Positions 8,898-19,331 of a stretch of 64,000 nt of DNA are shown one piece after another. How positions within the stretch are numbered: position 1 is the first letter of the stretch; each line of letters starts with the position of its first letter. The notes under the pieces are model-generated. The model was not told the origin of the DNA, did no database searches, and worked only from the letters and a program-made list of their open reading frames with translations. The DNA is from Candidatus Geothermocultor quzhuomuensis (lineage in GTDB: Bacteria > Actinomycetota > Aquicultoria > Geothermocultorales > Geothermocultoraceae), in assembly GCA_015711795.1 (NCBI GenBank), contig JACVJC010000007.1, positions 5,809-69,808 of the forward strand, in the 5' to 3' direction. The translations under genes were made by a program, and so were the position numbers.

Positions 8898-10196
8898 TTG
8901 GGAAGGAATAAGTTTAAAGCACCCAAAGGAACCCGTGACATTTTACCGGAAGAAGCTAAGAAGAGAGAATATATTGAGGAGATAGCTAAGGAGATTTTTC
9001 AATTGTATAACTATCAACCGATTATTACACCCCTTTTTGAAAAAACTGAACTTTTTATTAGGGGTATCGGTGAGTCAACTGATATTGTTCAAAAAGAAAT
9101 GTATACTTTTCAAGATAAAAAAGGAAGGAGCTTAACTCTTCGGCCAGAGGGAACAGCTTCCATTGTCCGAGCTTTTCTAGAACATAATTTTAATCAAAAA
9201 CCTTTTCCACTTAAGCTGTTTTATATTGGTCCAATGTATCGCTTTGAACGACCTCAAGCAGGCCGTTCTCGTGAATTTTGGCAGATTGGTGCTGAAGCAA
9301 TTGGCTCAATTGAACCAGCTATTGATGCTGAAATAATTTGTTTAATGATTGAATACTTAACTCGATTAGGTTTAAAGGATTTTACTCTTTTGTTAAATAG
9401 TATGGGTTGCCCTAAATGTCGGCTTAGTTTTATTAAAGTTTTAGAAAAATATCTTCATCCTTTTAAAGGTGAGCTTTGCCCTGATTGTGTGAGAAGACTT
9501 TCTACTAACCTCTTAAGAATATATGATTGCAAAAACAAAAATTGCCTGAAAATTTTACGTCAGGGGCCAATAATTTCTCATTTTTTATGTGAGGAATGTC
9601 TTTCTCATTTTAAAGAACTTCAAGCCCTCTTAACTCAAGAGGGAATCCATTTTCAAATTGAACCCTTTTTAGCAAGAGGTCTTGATTATTACACCAAGAC
9701 GACTTTTGAAGTAAGGAGCCCTTATTTAGGAGCTCAAAATGCCATTGGTGGCGGTGGAAGGTATGATGGGTTAATTGAGGAGTTGGGGGGTGACTCTACA
9801 CCCGGTATAGGTTTTGCAATTGGTGTAGAAAGGCTCCTTCTCCATGCTGAAGTTGAAAAAATAAAAATTCCTCAAGCTGCAAAACCAAAAGTTTTTATCG
9901 GATTGGTCGAGAGGGATTTAAAAAGGGAAGCTTTTAAGATTCTCCAGGACTTGAGGGATGCTTCAATCTCAGCTGAAATGGATTTTCTAGGAAGAAGTCT
10001 TAAAAGTCAAATTAGACTAGCTGATAAACTTGGCGTCTCTTTTGTCTTATTTATTGGGCCGGATGAAATGGAAAAAGGTGTCGTTAAGGTAAGAGATATG
10101 GAATCAGGCTTAGAAGAAGAGATTAAAAAAGATAACTTAATATTTTCTTTAAAGAAAAAACTCTCAGTAAAAGATGGGGGAAACAATGAATCCTAA
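8898..10196 (+). CDS. hisS: Histidyl-tRNA synthetase
   Basis: [34 protein letters not shown]. Confidence 0.97.
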   Translation: MGRNKFKAPKGTRDILPEEAKKREYIEEIAKEIFQLYNYQPIITPLFEKTELFIRGIGESTDIVQKEMYTFQDKKGRSLTLRPEGTASIVRAFLEHNFNQKPFPLKLFYIGPMYRFERPQAGRSREFWQIGAEAIGSIEPAIDAEIICLMIEYLTRLGLKDFTLLLNSMGCPKCRLSFIKVLEKYLHPFKGELCPDCVRRLSTNLLRIYDCKNKNCLKILRQGPIISHFLCEECLSHFKELQALLTQEGIHFQIEPFLARGLDYYTKTTFEVRSPYLGAQNAIGGGGRYDGLIEELGGDSTPGIGFAIGVERLLLHAEVEKIKIPQAAKPKVFIGLVERDLKREAFKILQDLRDASISAEMDFLGRSLKSQIRLADKLGVSFVLFIGPDEMEKGVVKVRDMESGLEEEIKKDNLIFSLKKKLSVKDGGNNES

Positions 10197-11952
10197 AATT
10201 AAATACTCCCAAAAGACTCACAACTGTGGGGAAGTTAGGTTAAAGAATGTTGGTGAAAATGTTACTCTTTTTGGCTGGGTTCATCGGAGAAGAGATCATG
10301 GTGGTTTAATCTTTCTTGATTTGCGAGATCGGAGTGGGTTGATTCAGGTTGTAGCTGATCCTAGCTTATCAAGGGAAGCTTTTAAGATAGCTCAAAAAGT
10401 GAGAGGTGAGTATGTTATCTCAGCTAAGGGTAAGATTTGTCGCCGACCACCAGAGACTGAAAATCCTAACTTGCCCACAGGGGAAGTTGAGTTAAGAGCT
10501 GATGAAATAAGGATTGTAAGTAAAGCAAAGACTCCTCCTTTCGAAGTTGAAGATGGAATTGTAGTTGACGAAAACTTAAGGCTTAAATACCGTTATATCG
10601 ATTTGAGACGAAGGGAGATGCTTTCATCTTTAGAATTACGGCATAAAGTAGTTGCTTGCTTGAGGAATTTTTTAAATCAAGAGGGTTTTCTCGAAGTAGA
10701 AACACCTTATTTAACTAAGAGCACTCCTGAGGGAGCTCGTGATTATCTTGTTCCGAGTCGGGTTCATCCAGGGCATTTTTATGCTCTTCCTCAATCTCCT
10801 CAGCTTTTCAAGCAAATCCTTATGGTGGCGGGAATAGAAAGATATTACCAAATTGCCCGGTGTTTCCGTGACGAGGACTTACGAGCTGACCGTCAGCCTG
10901 AGCACACCCAGATTGATTTAGAGATGTCTTTTGTCTCTCGCGATGATATCCTTTCCCTGGTTGAGGCAATGTTAAAGAAGGTTTTTCTCCTAATTAACCA
11001 AGATTTAATTATTCCATTCCCTCGGATGACCTATGATGAAGCAATGAGAAGATACGGAACAGATAAACCTGATTTAAGATATGGCTTGGAAATAACTGAC
11101 TTAACTCCGATCTTTAAAGAAACTAATTTTAAGGTTTTTGCTCAAGTGATAAGGGATGGGGGAGTGATTCGGGGAATTAAAGTGGAAAAAGAATTTACTC
11201 GGAAGCAAATTGATGATGTTATAAATTTAGCTCTTCAAAATGGCGCCAAGGGGTTGACTTGGTTTTCTTATTTAGGGGGAGAATTAAAATCCCCAGTTGT
11301 TAAGTTTTTAAATCAAGATGAGATAAAAAATTTAATTCAGGCTTTTCAATTGAGAGGCAAAAATACACTTTTCTTGATGGCTGATCAATCTCATGTGGCC
11401 AGTCAGGTTTTGGGGATTTTAAGAGAAAACCTTTGTAAACAACTTAACTTGGTTAAGTCTAACAATTTTAAATTTCTTTGGATTATTAACTTTCCTCTTT
11501 TTGAATATGACGAAGAGGAAAAGCGGCTCAAGTCACATCACCATCCCTTTACATCTCCAACGGAAGAATCAATTCCTCTCTTAGATAGCGAACCTCTAAA
11601 AGCTAAAGCAAATGCTTATGACTTGGTTGTTAATGGAGTTGAGATTGGGGGAGGGAGCCTAAGGATTCATTTGACAGGGCTTCAAGAAAAAATTTTTTCT
11701 CTTTTAGGTCTCTCGCCGTTAGAAATTAAAGAAAAATTTGGTTTTCTTCTGGAAGCTTTTAAGTATGGCGTTCCACCCCATGGAGGGATTGCTCTTGGGC
11801 TCGATAGGTTAGTGATGCTGATGGCTAGGCGCGAGAGTATCCGTGATGTCATTGCTTTTCCTAAAACTCAATCTGCTTTTTGCCCTCTTACGAAAGCTCC
11901 TGACGCTGTGAAGGAAAAACAGTTAAGAGAACTTCACATTCGACTTCGTTAA
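10186..11952 (+). CDS. aspS: Aspartyl-tRNA synthetase (DHGG suggests non-discriminating type)
   Basis: [51 protein letters not shown] 10186 after GGGGG. Confidence 0.97.
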   Translation: MNPKIKYSQKTHNCGEVRLKNVGENVTLFGWVHRRRDHGGLIFLDLRDRSGLIQVVADPSLSREAFKIAQKVRGEYVISAKGKICRRPPETENPNLPTGEVELRADEIRIVSKAKTPPFEVEDGIVVDENLRLKYRYIDLRRREMLSSLELRHKVVACLRNFLNQEGFLEVETPYLTKSTPEGARDYLVPSRVHPGHFYALPQSPQLFKQILMVAGIERYYQIARCFRDEDLRADRQPEHTQIDLEMSFVSRDDILSLVEAMLKKVFLLINQDLIIPFPRMTYDEAMRRYGTDKPDLRYGLEITDLTPIFKETNFKVFAQVIRDGGVIRGIKVEKEFTRKQIDDVINLALQNGAKGLTWFSYLGGELKSPVVKFLNQDEIKNLIQAFQLRGKNTLFLMADQSHVASQVLGILRENLCKQLNLVKSNNFKFLWIINFPLFEYDEEEKRLKSHHHPFTSPTEESIPLLDSEPLKAKANAYDLVVNGVEIGGGSLRIHLTGLQEKIFSLLGLSPLEIKEKFGFLLEAFKYGVPPHGGIALGLDRLVMLMARRESIRDVIAFPKTQSAFCPLTKAPDAVKEKQLRELHIRLR

Positions 11953-11954
11953 AA

Positions 11955-12090
11955 GAGCTAAAGACATGAAGAGGACTGAAGAGAGTAGACTGAAACAAAA
12001 AAGCAATCTTCTGACTGAAGGCTTAAGACAGAATCAAAATCATCTAAAATTAAATATTTAAAGGAACATTTAACTTTAGTCTTCAGTCTT
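11955..12090. repeat. GACTGAA-type heptamer inverted-repeat element
   Basis: Several GACTGAA(G) copies with complementary CTTTAGTCTTCAGTCTT at 12074-12090; same unit at 4292-4308, 19252-19282 and 24494-24509. Confidence 0.65.
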
Positions 12091-12122
12091 TGAGTGGTGG
12101 ACTTTATTACGTTACTTGTTTA

Positions 12123-12131
12123 TGCTAAAAT
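12123..12131 (+). promoter_or_regulatory. Extended -10 promoter for 6S RNA
   Basis: TGcTAAAAT about 7-10 nt upstream of the predicted 6S 5' end. Confidence 0.55.
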
Positions 12132-12139
12132 TAAGCTAG

Positions 12140-12326
12140 GTGGCTCGGCCTTGTGCGTGTGAGGGAATATACTCGCTTGAGCCAACACACAAAGCGAGGG
12201 AGCCTGGCCTTTATTTGTAGATAGAATGCCTCCAAAGTATGAGGACTCTAGAAGCAAGTAAGAGGGCACCCACAATATGTGGGGAAGGGTTCAGCAGAGT
12301 TTTCCTGACACGGCAAGGCGGAGCTT
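12140..12326 (+). ncRNA. ssrS: 6S RNA
   Basis: 5' GCTCGGCCTTGTGCGTGTGAGGGA pairs with 3' TCCTGACACGGCAAGGCGGAGC; inner TGAGCC/GGTTCA stem, GGGAGCC and GGCACCCAC motifs; ~185 nt; downstream of aspS. Confidence 0.9.
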
Positions 12327-12343
12327 CAAAATGGGGGAAAGTT

Positions 12344-12871
12344 TTGAGAAAGATAGTTATAGGGTTATTGGTAGTAATTGTTGTACTAGTAATAACTGGT
12401 TGTGGAGGTGGAGAGCCTACCCCCTCTACGGAAGTGACTCCTAGCATATCTACTTCCCCAGCTGGAGGAACAACTGCCACAGTTAGTATTACTAAACTTG
12501 AGGTTCCTCGAAAATTTACTCTTTCTGAACGGACACCAACTTTTTTTAAGGAAGCTCTTGAGAAAAAAGAGCCAATATTGTTAATGTTTTATTCTCCAAC
12601 TGACATTGTTTCCAATAAGCTTAGGGAAGTAGTGAGAAAAGTAAATGAAGATGTTGATTACCAAGGTAAGTTCATTCTTCTCCTTCTTGATATAGATGAT
12701 ATTGACAAGACTTTTGTTCTTGCAGAAGAGTTTGGGGTAGGAGATATACCTCAACTCTCAATTCTTGATGCTGAAGGAAATGTGGTCAGAGAGTTTCGAG
12801 GTGAGAGTGAATATATTGATGAGACACTTTTAAAGCAAGTTCTTTATAATATTATTAAAAAACCAAAATAA
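12344..12871 (+). CDS. Lipoprotein with thioredoxin-like fold lacking CxxC
   Basis: TTG 12344 after GGGGG gives MRKIVIGLLVVIVVLVITG-C lipobox; P/T/S linker; KEPILLMFYSPTDIVS...FGVGDIPQLSILDAEGNVV. Confidence 0.7.
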   Translation: MRKIVIGLLVVIVVLVITGCGGGEPTPSTEVTPSISTSPAGGTTATVSITKLEVPRKFTLSERTPTFFKEALEKKEPILLMFYSPTDIVSNKLREVVRKVNEDVDYQGKFILLLLDIDDIDKTFVLAEEFGVGDIPQLSILDAEGNVVREFRGESEYIDETLLKQVLYNIIKKPK

Positions 12872-12924
12872 AAGAAAATTTAAATTAACTTATTGGTTCT
12901 GGGGTAATAAGTAAGGAATGTACT

Positions 12925-13851
12925 ATGAATTGTCCAAAATGTGGTAGCAAAAACCCAGAAGATAATTTATTTTGTGGTAAATGTGGTGCTTCGCTCTCTT
13001 CTAAAAGCGAAAGTCAGCCAAAATTGCCATGGAAAAGATATTGTAATTATTGTCAGTTTAAAGAAGAAAATCTTCCTAATGGTTCTTCTTACTGCTCTTG
13101 GTGTTATGAAGAAGCTTTTCAAAACCCAAACCTTCAAAAGCCACCATTTTTAACTGATGAAGAGAGCACTCAGTCAAAAAAAGCAAGTTTGAAAACTTCA
13201 TTGTCGGTGAGAGGTCGTCCCTCTTTTGCTCAAAAAGCTTCACGGCTGGAAAGGACTCTTTTTAGAAAAAAGGAAAAAATTAGTTGGAAGTCTTACATCA
13301 AGGAAAACCTAGGTTTATTTCTTTTCTTTTTATTAATTATTTTTATTTTTGCCATTTTTTTATTTTATTCTTTAAAAATTGAGAGCAGCAAAAATCTTAA
13401 AGAAGCTAGGGAGTACCTTGAATTTACCGATCGAGCAATAAAGGCTTATCCAGAAATTGTTAGGGATATGGGTTCAATTGCTAATCAAGTTTACTTACCA
13501 GGTAAAGGAGATTTCGAATCAAGACGAGAAGATGCTCTTAAGAAAATTGAAGATTTAAAAGAAAAAGTTAAAAAAAATTACAATTTGCTCAAAAAATCAA
13601 AGCCAAAGAAGAAAGAACTAAAAAGTCTTAAGGAAAATCTCTCTCTGGCTTACAAAATTTTACTTCAAACTGACCTACCTGAACTGGAAGAATTTATCAG
13701 AACAATTGATACTAATCTTATCAGTTCAATGATGAAAGGAGAATTAAGTCAGGCTCCTTTTATCCGAGCAATTTCTATTTCAAAAGATGCCTCTTCTCAT
13801 TTAGATAAAGCTATTGAGATTTGGTATGAAGAAAAAGACCTCATTTCATAA
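12925..13851 (+). CDS. Zinc-ribbon-domain single-pass membrane protein
   Basis: CPKCG..N...FCGKCG plus second CNYC..CSWC; one hydrophobic helix; helical C-terminus. Confidence 0.75.
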   Translation: MNCPKCGSKNPEDNLFCGKCGASLSSKSESQPKLPWKRYCNYCQFKEENLPNGSSYCSWCYEEAFQNPNLQKPPFLTDEESTQSKKASLKTSLSVRGRPSFAQKASRLERTLFRKKEKISWKSYIKENLGLFLFFLLIIFIFAIFLFYSLKIESSKNLKEAREYLEFTDRAIKAYPEIVRDMGSIANQVYLPGKGDFESRREDALKKIEDLKEKVKKNYNLLKKSKPKKKELKSLKENLSLAYKILLQTDLPELEEFIRTIDTNLISSMMKGELSQAPFIRAISISKDASSHLDKAIEIWYEEKDLIS

Positions 13852-13953
13852 GGAATAATAAATTTTTTCTAAATTTTTGTCTTAATTTTCATAAAGCAAT
13901 TTACTTTTTGCCAGAAAGAAAAAAATTTATTAAAATAATGAAAAGTAAAGGAG

Positions 13954-16902
13954 TTGATGATGAAGAAATTAAAGTTAACTTTAATTATATTTACTCTTAT
14001 TGTCTTGATTGTTGGTTGTGCCCCCAAAATTGAGAAAATTCCTAGGATACCAGAGGTTAGAGAAAAAAAGCTTAAGGAATATTCTTTAAGTGAAGTTCAA
14101 AAAGATTCACTTCTTGCCTTAGCCGAGGGTGAGATAGGTGTTTTTGAAGGTGACCCAATCTTAGCTCAACTTGAGGTTTTTAAGGAAAGGGAACTAGTTA
14201 AAGCCATTCGAATTCCTGAGATTATGATAATTGAACCAGAAGAAGGTGCTTTTCTCAAGGGGAGAGTGGATGTTAAATGTTCTATTAAGAATGTTAAAGA
14301 TGTTGAAGAAGTGCGATTTTATGTCGATGGAGTTTTACGCCAAACGGTTAAAACATCTCCTTTTCAATGGAGCTGGGATACAAATGTTGAAACAAAGACT
14401 TCTCATACACTTAAGGTAGTTGCTAAAAGCAAAGTTGGTGAAACTCAAGATACAGTTAATGTTTATGTGGTGGTTGAAGGCTCGATGGGTTTTCCATCAA
14501 CTAACTACACTAGTGCTAACGGCAACGTAAAGGCAGTTACCTATTACGATGTAAGCTCAGCTCAGTATTTAACTGGCCTTTTAGCACAAACTTACTCCAC
14601 TACTGCGACCTTAACTTATACTTTTACGCCCCCCCATCCCAATAGTTATTTATCTGGTGCAATAGATGTGAAAGGAGAGTTAATATCAGGGGATGAACCT
14701 ACCTACAAGATTTATAACTGGTCAACGGAGCGATATGAAAGTGAAGTTTATGACCCAAAGGCACGAGCTTACACTGGTAGTTACGGTTCTGGTACAGCCT
14801 TTCAGTTTCCTTACTTTCAACCAAAGCAAAATAAGGTCAAAATTAAAATTGAAATCCCTCCCTTCACCACCTATCGCTTTGAAGATCTCAATTTTTCCTA
14901 CCAGTATGTTTATGATAAAAAAGCACCAACAGTTAGCTCTCTCTTTACTGACTTTACTTTAATTGCTGATGAATCTCCTAACGCTGTTAGATTCTTTTAC
15001 AACCTTTCAGAAAATTCATTTGTTAAGATAAAAATTTATAATCGTTCAGGGAAGCTTGTAACCACTATTAAGCGAACTGATTGGATTGGTTTTCAATATA
15101 GTGATTACTGGAATATCCCAAAGGGTTATTCTTCAAGTGACTTAAAGTTTAAGGTTGAAGTTCAAGATTCGGCTGGTTACACTGGTTCATCAAAAACTTA
15201 CTATCTCTCTCAAGTAGCAACTGGCTTTCCTAAAGAGTGGCAAACTCTTGAAGGGACACTGGTAATTCCTTTAAGTTCTTACTCTGAAGCGAGGGGAAGC
15301 ATTAAGCTTAAAACTTTTTATGATGAAGAAGTGGGAGGCACAAAGCAGGCTTTAGAGATTGGTTCAAATGCCAGCCCAGCTCAGGTTTGTTTCACTTTTT
15401 ACCCTCCCCACCCTTTTAATTACTCTATAGGTAATGTTCCAATTGAGGGTAAAATACTTTCAGGGGAGGAGCCAACTTTTGAGATATTTGATTGGGCAAG
15501 TGAGAAATTTGTTGAGAAAGTCGAAGATGTCGAAGAGGGTGGAAGCGTAGATTTTGGGCCTGAGGTTCCCTTTGGTTTTCAATACTTTGAGCCAGGCGGG
15601 AACAGAGTTAAAATTAAAATCAAGTTACCTCCTTACAGTCTTTATCGCATTGAAAGCATGAGACTTTATTACAAGTGCTATTATGATAAAACTCCTCCCT
15701 CGATTAGCCGAGTTTCTAATGCTTATTCTCTCGAAACAAGGGAGTATTTACCAATTGTTAACTTTTATTATGAGTTATCCGAGAACTCTTTTGTTAAGAT
15801 AAAAATTTATGACTCAAGCAACAATTTAGTTAAAACGATTTCTGAAGCAAAAGGGAAATATTACCAAAGCTCTAGTTGGAAAGTTCCAAAAGGTTATTCG
15901 CTGAGCAATCTCAAATTTAAAATTGAGGTTAGAGATTCAACTGGTTTTTCAGCTACTTCTCTTACTTATCCTTTTGGTCAATTTGCTCTTACTCTTCCTG
16001 AGGAAGGAGCTCCAAACTTATTGCCTTTCTTTGAGTCAACTCCGGGGGCAATTGAAACTACTTCATCATTAATTAGTGCTTGGTCTTATACTGGCTACTC
16101 AGGTAATGTCCGAAAAGTAGTTTATTATGACCAACCCCACTACTCAGCTACTCTTATTGGGCCAGATGAAGCAACTTCATCGGTCACCTATGCTTTTAAA
16201 GTTAATCCACCTGCCTTTTCCTCTAAGGCTTTTAAGATGATATTTAATAAAGATGCAGCTATTCCCAAGGTTACAGTTGAAGGGGAAGCTATCTACACAC
16301 CTGAGGGGAAAAGTGTTTCTTATAGTGTCTACAATTATTTAACTGAAAGGTTTGACTATAATCTTTATGATTGGATTGAGTCAAGAGAGAAAGATAGTGT
16401 CTTAGACGAAGAAATTTATAAAGAACCCTATAGCAGTGGAGCTAATTTACCAATTGTTTATGTTGATCCAAAGACCAAAACATTTAAGGTTCGCATAGAG
16501 GTTCCCCCGAGAATGATTTATCGAATAAAAGATTCAGGAGGAGCTTTAGCGATAAAGGTTGATTATACTTGTGAATTTGATACCGAATTGCCATGGGTTG
16601 AGAAAGTTAGTGTCAGTGACATTGTGCCCAATGATGGTAAAGTTGAAATTCGCTATCTTTTAAGCGAGGATGCCTTTGTTAAAATTCGAGTTGAAACAGC
16701 TAGAGGAAGCTTAGTTGATACCATTAAGTGGGCAGATTATCAAGGGATAAAGGCAGGTTCCGAGTTTGTCTATCACTACTGGAAGGTTCCTTCACCTCGA
16801 TATTATGGCTCATATTTAAGGTTAAGATTTGATTTAACTGATTTGGCAGGAAATGAATATACTTCTGATTATTACCCAGTGACCATTCCATTTAATCCCT
16901 AG
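13954..16902 (+). CDS. Large surface lipoprotein, Ig-like domain plus three ~260-aa repeats
   Basis: Lipobox LIVG-C; VRFYVDG..PFQWSWDT Ig-like segment; three copies of YxLSExxFVKI containing modules. Confidence 0.75.
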   Translation: MMMKKLKLTLIIFTLIVLIVGCAPKIEKIPRIPEVREKKLKEYSLSEVQKDSLLALAEGEIGVFEGDPILAQLEVFKERELVKAIRIPEIMIIEPEEGAFLKGRVDVKCSIKNVKDVEEVRFYVDGVLRQTVKTSPFQWSWDTNVETKTSHTLKVVAKSKVGETQDTVNVYVVVEGSMGFPSTNYTSANGNVKAVTYYDVSSAQYLTGLLAQTYSTTATLTYTFTPPHPNSYLSGAIDVKGELISGDEPTYKIYNWSTERYESEVYDPKARAYTGSYGSGTAFQFPYFQPKQNKVKIKIEIPPFTTYRFEDLNFSYQYVYDKKAPTVSSLFTDFTLIADESPNAVRFFYNLSENSFVKIKIYNRSGKLVTTIKRTDWIGFQYSDYWNIPKGYSSSDLKFKVEVQDSAGYTGSSKTYYLSQVATGFPKEWQTLEGTLVIPLSSYSEARGSIKLKTFYDEEVGGTKQALEIGSNASPAQVCFTFYPPHPFNYSIGNVPIEGKILSGEEPTFEIFDWASEKFVEKVEDVEEGGSVDFGPEVPFGFQYFEPGGNRVKIKIKLPPYSLYRIESMRLYYKCYYDKTPPSISRVSNAYSLETREYLPIVNFYYELSENSFVKIKIYDSSNNLVKTISEAKGKYYQSSSWKVPKGYSLSNLKFKIEVRDSTGFSATSLTYPFGQFALTLPEEGAPNLLPFFESTPGAIETTSSLISAWSYTGYSGNVRKVVYYDQPHYSATLIGPDEATSSVTYAFKVNPPAFSSKAFKMIFNKDAAIPKVTVEGEAIYTPEGKSVSYSVYNYLTERFDYNLYDWIESREKDSVLDEEIYKEPYSSGANLPIVYVDPKTKTFKVRIEVPPRMIYRIKDSGGALAIKVDYTCEFDTELPWVEKVSVSDIVPNDGKVEIRYLLSEDAFVKIRVETARGSLVDTIKWADYQGIKAGSEFVYHYWKVPSPRYYGSYLRLRFDLTDLAGNEYTSDYYPVTIPFNP

Positions 16903-16985
16903 CTTACACTTTGAGTAGGCAGCAGTTCTCTTTTCATACTAAATCTTTTTTCTGCTCTTTCCTTTTTGTTTGTATTTTCTATTAG

Positions 16986-17150
16986 CTAGTGAAATTAAAA
17001 ATTAAAAGTGCCTGTCTGGTTGAGAATCAGGCAAATAAAAATCTTCGCATTTTAATAAATCATTTTGCTTACTCTCAAGCCAGACTGCCTAACTCGCAGG
17101 TGGGGCTTTTAATCTTTTATCTTTAAGTTTCACTCTCCACCGCTACTAGT
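16986..17150. repeat. Long nested imperfect inverted repeat
   Basis: GTGAAATTAAA/TTTAAGTTTCAC, ATTAAAAG/CTTTTAAT, CCTG/CAGG and GTCTGGTTGAGA/TCTCAAGCCAGAC nested arms. Confidence 0.65.
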
Positions 17151-17188
17151 TACTTGTCACTCATTTTTATAAAATAAAGATAGATAGG

Positions 17189-18529
17189 GTGGTTAAGTTG
17201 AACCTTTTTGATAGTGAATTTAAAAAGGAGAGTAAACCTTATCAGCCTTTAGCTTTGCGAATGAGACCTCGCAAGTTAGAAGAATTTGTTGGTCAAGAGG
17301 AAATTGTTGGCGAAGGAACTTTTTTAAAGAAAGCAATTGAAGAAGATAAACTAGTTCCAATAATTTTATATGGTCCACCTGGTTCGGGGAAAACAAGCTT
17401 AGCAAAGATAATAGCTGAAGCTACCTCTGCTTATTGGGAGCAAATAAGTGCTGTTACTTCAGGTGTAGCTGAAGTACGTAAGGTAATTGAAGAAGCGCGT
17501 GAGAGATTTTCTCTTTTTGGGCAGAGGACTATCCTTTTTATCGATGAGATACATCGCTTTAATAAAGCTCAACAAGATGTTCTTTTGCCGGCGGTTGAGG
17601 AAGAGGTAATTATTTTAATTGGGGCAACCACTGAAAATCCCTATTTTGAAATAAATTCCCCTCTTATTTCTCGTTCAAAAATTTTACCTTTAAAGCCTCT
17701 TTCTTCCAAGGAGATTGAATTAATTTTAAAAAGAGCTCTAAAAGATAGAGAAAGAGGCTTAGGCAAAGAAAAAATTTTAATTGAGGACGAGGCACTTCAA
17801 TATATTATTGATAAATCAAATGGAGATGGCCGTGTTGCTCTTAATACACTCGAGACAGCAGTTTTTTTGGCTTCTGGAGAGAAAAGAAAAAAAATTGTTA
17901 ATTTAGAAGTTGCCAAAGAGGCAATTCAAAGGAGAAGCATATATTATGACAAAGACCGTGACATCCATTATGACACTATTTCTGCTTTTATTAAGAGTCT
18001 AAGAGGGTCTGACCCTGATGCTGCTATTTATTATTTAGCTAGAATGCTTAGGGGAGGAGAAGACCCTAGGTTTATTGCCCGAAGAATGATTATTTTTGCT
18101 TCTGAAGACATTGGAAACGCAGATCCTCGTGCTTTAACTATTGCAACCTCAGCATTTGAGGCAGTTGAATTTGTTGGAATGCCAGAGTGTCGTCTTAATT
18201 TAGCTCAAGCTGCTATTTATTTAGCTACAGCTCCAAAGAGTAACTCAGTTATCAAAGCAATCGATAAAGCTCTGGAAGCCTTAGAGGAAGAGGCTACTCC
18301 ACCCATCCCTGACCACTTAAAAGATTCTCATTATCCTGGAGCAAAAAAGCTGGGGCACGGTAAGGGTTATAAGTACCCTCACGTTTTTCCTCACCATTAT
18401 GTTGAGCAACCTTACTTGCCTGAGAATTTAAAAAAAAGGAAATATTATTTTCCTTCTGATGCTGGGTATGAGAAGAAAATAAAGGAATTTTTGAGATATT
18501 TAAAGGAAGCTGATAAAAAGACTAGTTAA
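17189..18529 (+). CDS. rarA: Replication-associated recombination protein A (RarA/MgsA)
   Basis: PLALRMRP, GPPGSGKT, DEIHRFNKAQQD, SAFIKSLRGSDPDA. Confidence 0.96.
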   Translation: MVKLNLFDSEFKKESKPYQPLALRMRPRKLEEFVGQEEIVGEGTFLKKAIEEDKLVPIILYGPPGSGKTSLAKIIAEATSAYWEQISAVTSGVAEVRKVIEEARERFSLFGQRTILFIDEIHRFNKAQQDVLLPAVEEEVIILIGATTENPYFEINSPLISRSKILPLKPLSSKEIELILKRALKDRERGLGKEKILIEDEALQYIIDKSNGDGRVALNTLETAVFLASGEKRKKIVNLEVAKEAIQRRSIYYDKDRDIHYDTISAFIKSLRGSDPDAAIYYLARMLRGGEDPRFIARRMIIFASEDIGNADPRALTIATSAFEAVEFVGMPECRLNLAQAAIYLATAPKSNSVIKAIDKALEALEEEATPPIPDHLKDSHYPGAKKLGHGKGYKYPHVFPHHYVEQPYLPENLKKRKYYFPSDAGYEKKIKEFLRYLKEADKKTS

Positions 18530-18649
18530 TAAGCTGACAGGCTTTTAATTCAGGAGACTGCAGAAATTTCTCGCTGTTAAATTAAAGGGTTTGAAATGGT
18601 TTTTTAGAAATAAGAAAATATTTGTGATAGCATTTAAAAGGAGGAAAGA

Positions 18650-19012
18650 ATGAGTTTAAATTTGGCAATGGATATTATTTTAGTAATACTTGCAGCAATT
18701 TTAACCCTTTTTTTTGTTTATGTTTTAATCCAGCTCTCTAAAACTCTTGGTAGTATCAATGAGTTGATTAAAGATGTTAATAAACAAGTTCCTTCGCTAC
18801 TTGAAAAGCTCCAAATCACAATAGATGAAGTTAATTCGGAGTTAGGGCAGGTTGGTGAGATAGTTAAATCGGTTGAGGAAATAAGCGATAAGGTTAATAC
18901 AACAACTAATGTTGTTCAAGAAATAATTTCTTCACCATTAATTAAATTAGCTTCATTTTCAGCTGGGGCTAAGAAGGCAATTAGTACTTTAATTAAGGAG
19001 AAAAAAAAGTGA
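18650..19012 (+). CDS. DUF948/YoxC-like membrane-anchored coiled-coil protein
   Basis: N-terminal hydrophobic helix then heptad helix; AGGAGG SD; paired with YtxH-like gene. Confidence 0.65.
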   Translation: MSLNLAMDIILVILAAILTLFFVYVLIQLSKTLGSINELIKDVNKQVPSLLEKLQITIDEVNSELGQVGEIVKSVEEISDKVNTTTNVVQEIISSPLIKLASFSAGAKKAISTLIKEKKK

Positions 19013-19266
19013 AAAAAATTTCAGGAAAGCATATCCTTTTAGGTATCTTTGGGGGTGTTTTGATTTTTTTGTTAACTACTCCTGTGGGGAGAGAAAAAGC
19101 AAAGAGAATCTTTTTACAAATTTCTGGACAATTTGTCTTAAAGGTTAAAGAGGCAATTGACCAATCTTCGGCTCGCTTAATGAAGGCAATTAAGGAAGGA
19201 ATAGAAGAAGCAAAAAGAAAAGAAGAAGAATTACAGGAAAAGATGATGCTTAAGACAGAAGACTAA
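19009..19266 (+). CDS. YtxH-like small membrane protein
   Basis: G..GG...LL.TP.GRE pattern, charged helical tail; GTGA overlap. Confidence 0.55.
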   Translation: MKKISGKHILLGIFGGVLIFLLTTPVGREKAKRIFLQISGQFVLKVKEAIDQSSARLMKAIKEGIEEAKRKEEELQEKMMLKTED

Positions 19267-19331
19267 AGACAGAAGGCTGAAGCTATAAAGTTCTACTTCG
19301 GTCTTTATCTTATAATTTAAAGGGATGTGAT

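Noticed and set aside
9400..9600. Cys-rich insertion in HisS as a novelty
   Set aside because: This insertion is common in HisRS of many Gram-positive and other bacteria
11955..12090. Short repeats as a CRISPR array
   Set aside because: Units are about 7 nt, degenerate, have no regular spacers, and no cas genes are present
12211..12480. Minus-strand 89-aa ORF and the ATG start at 12239
   Set aside because: Overlap the 6S RNA; the lipoprotein signal peptide and SD fit TTG 12344
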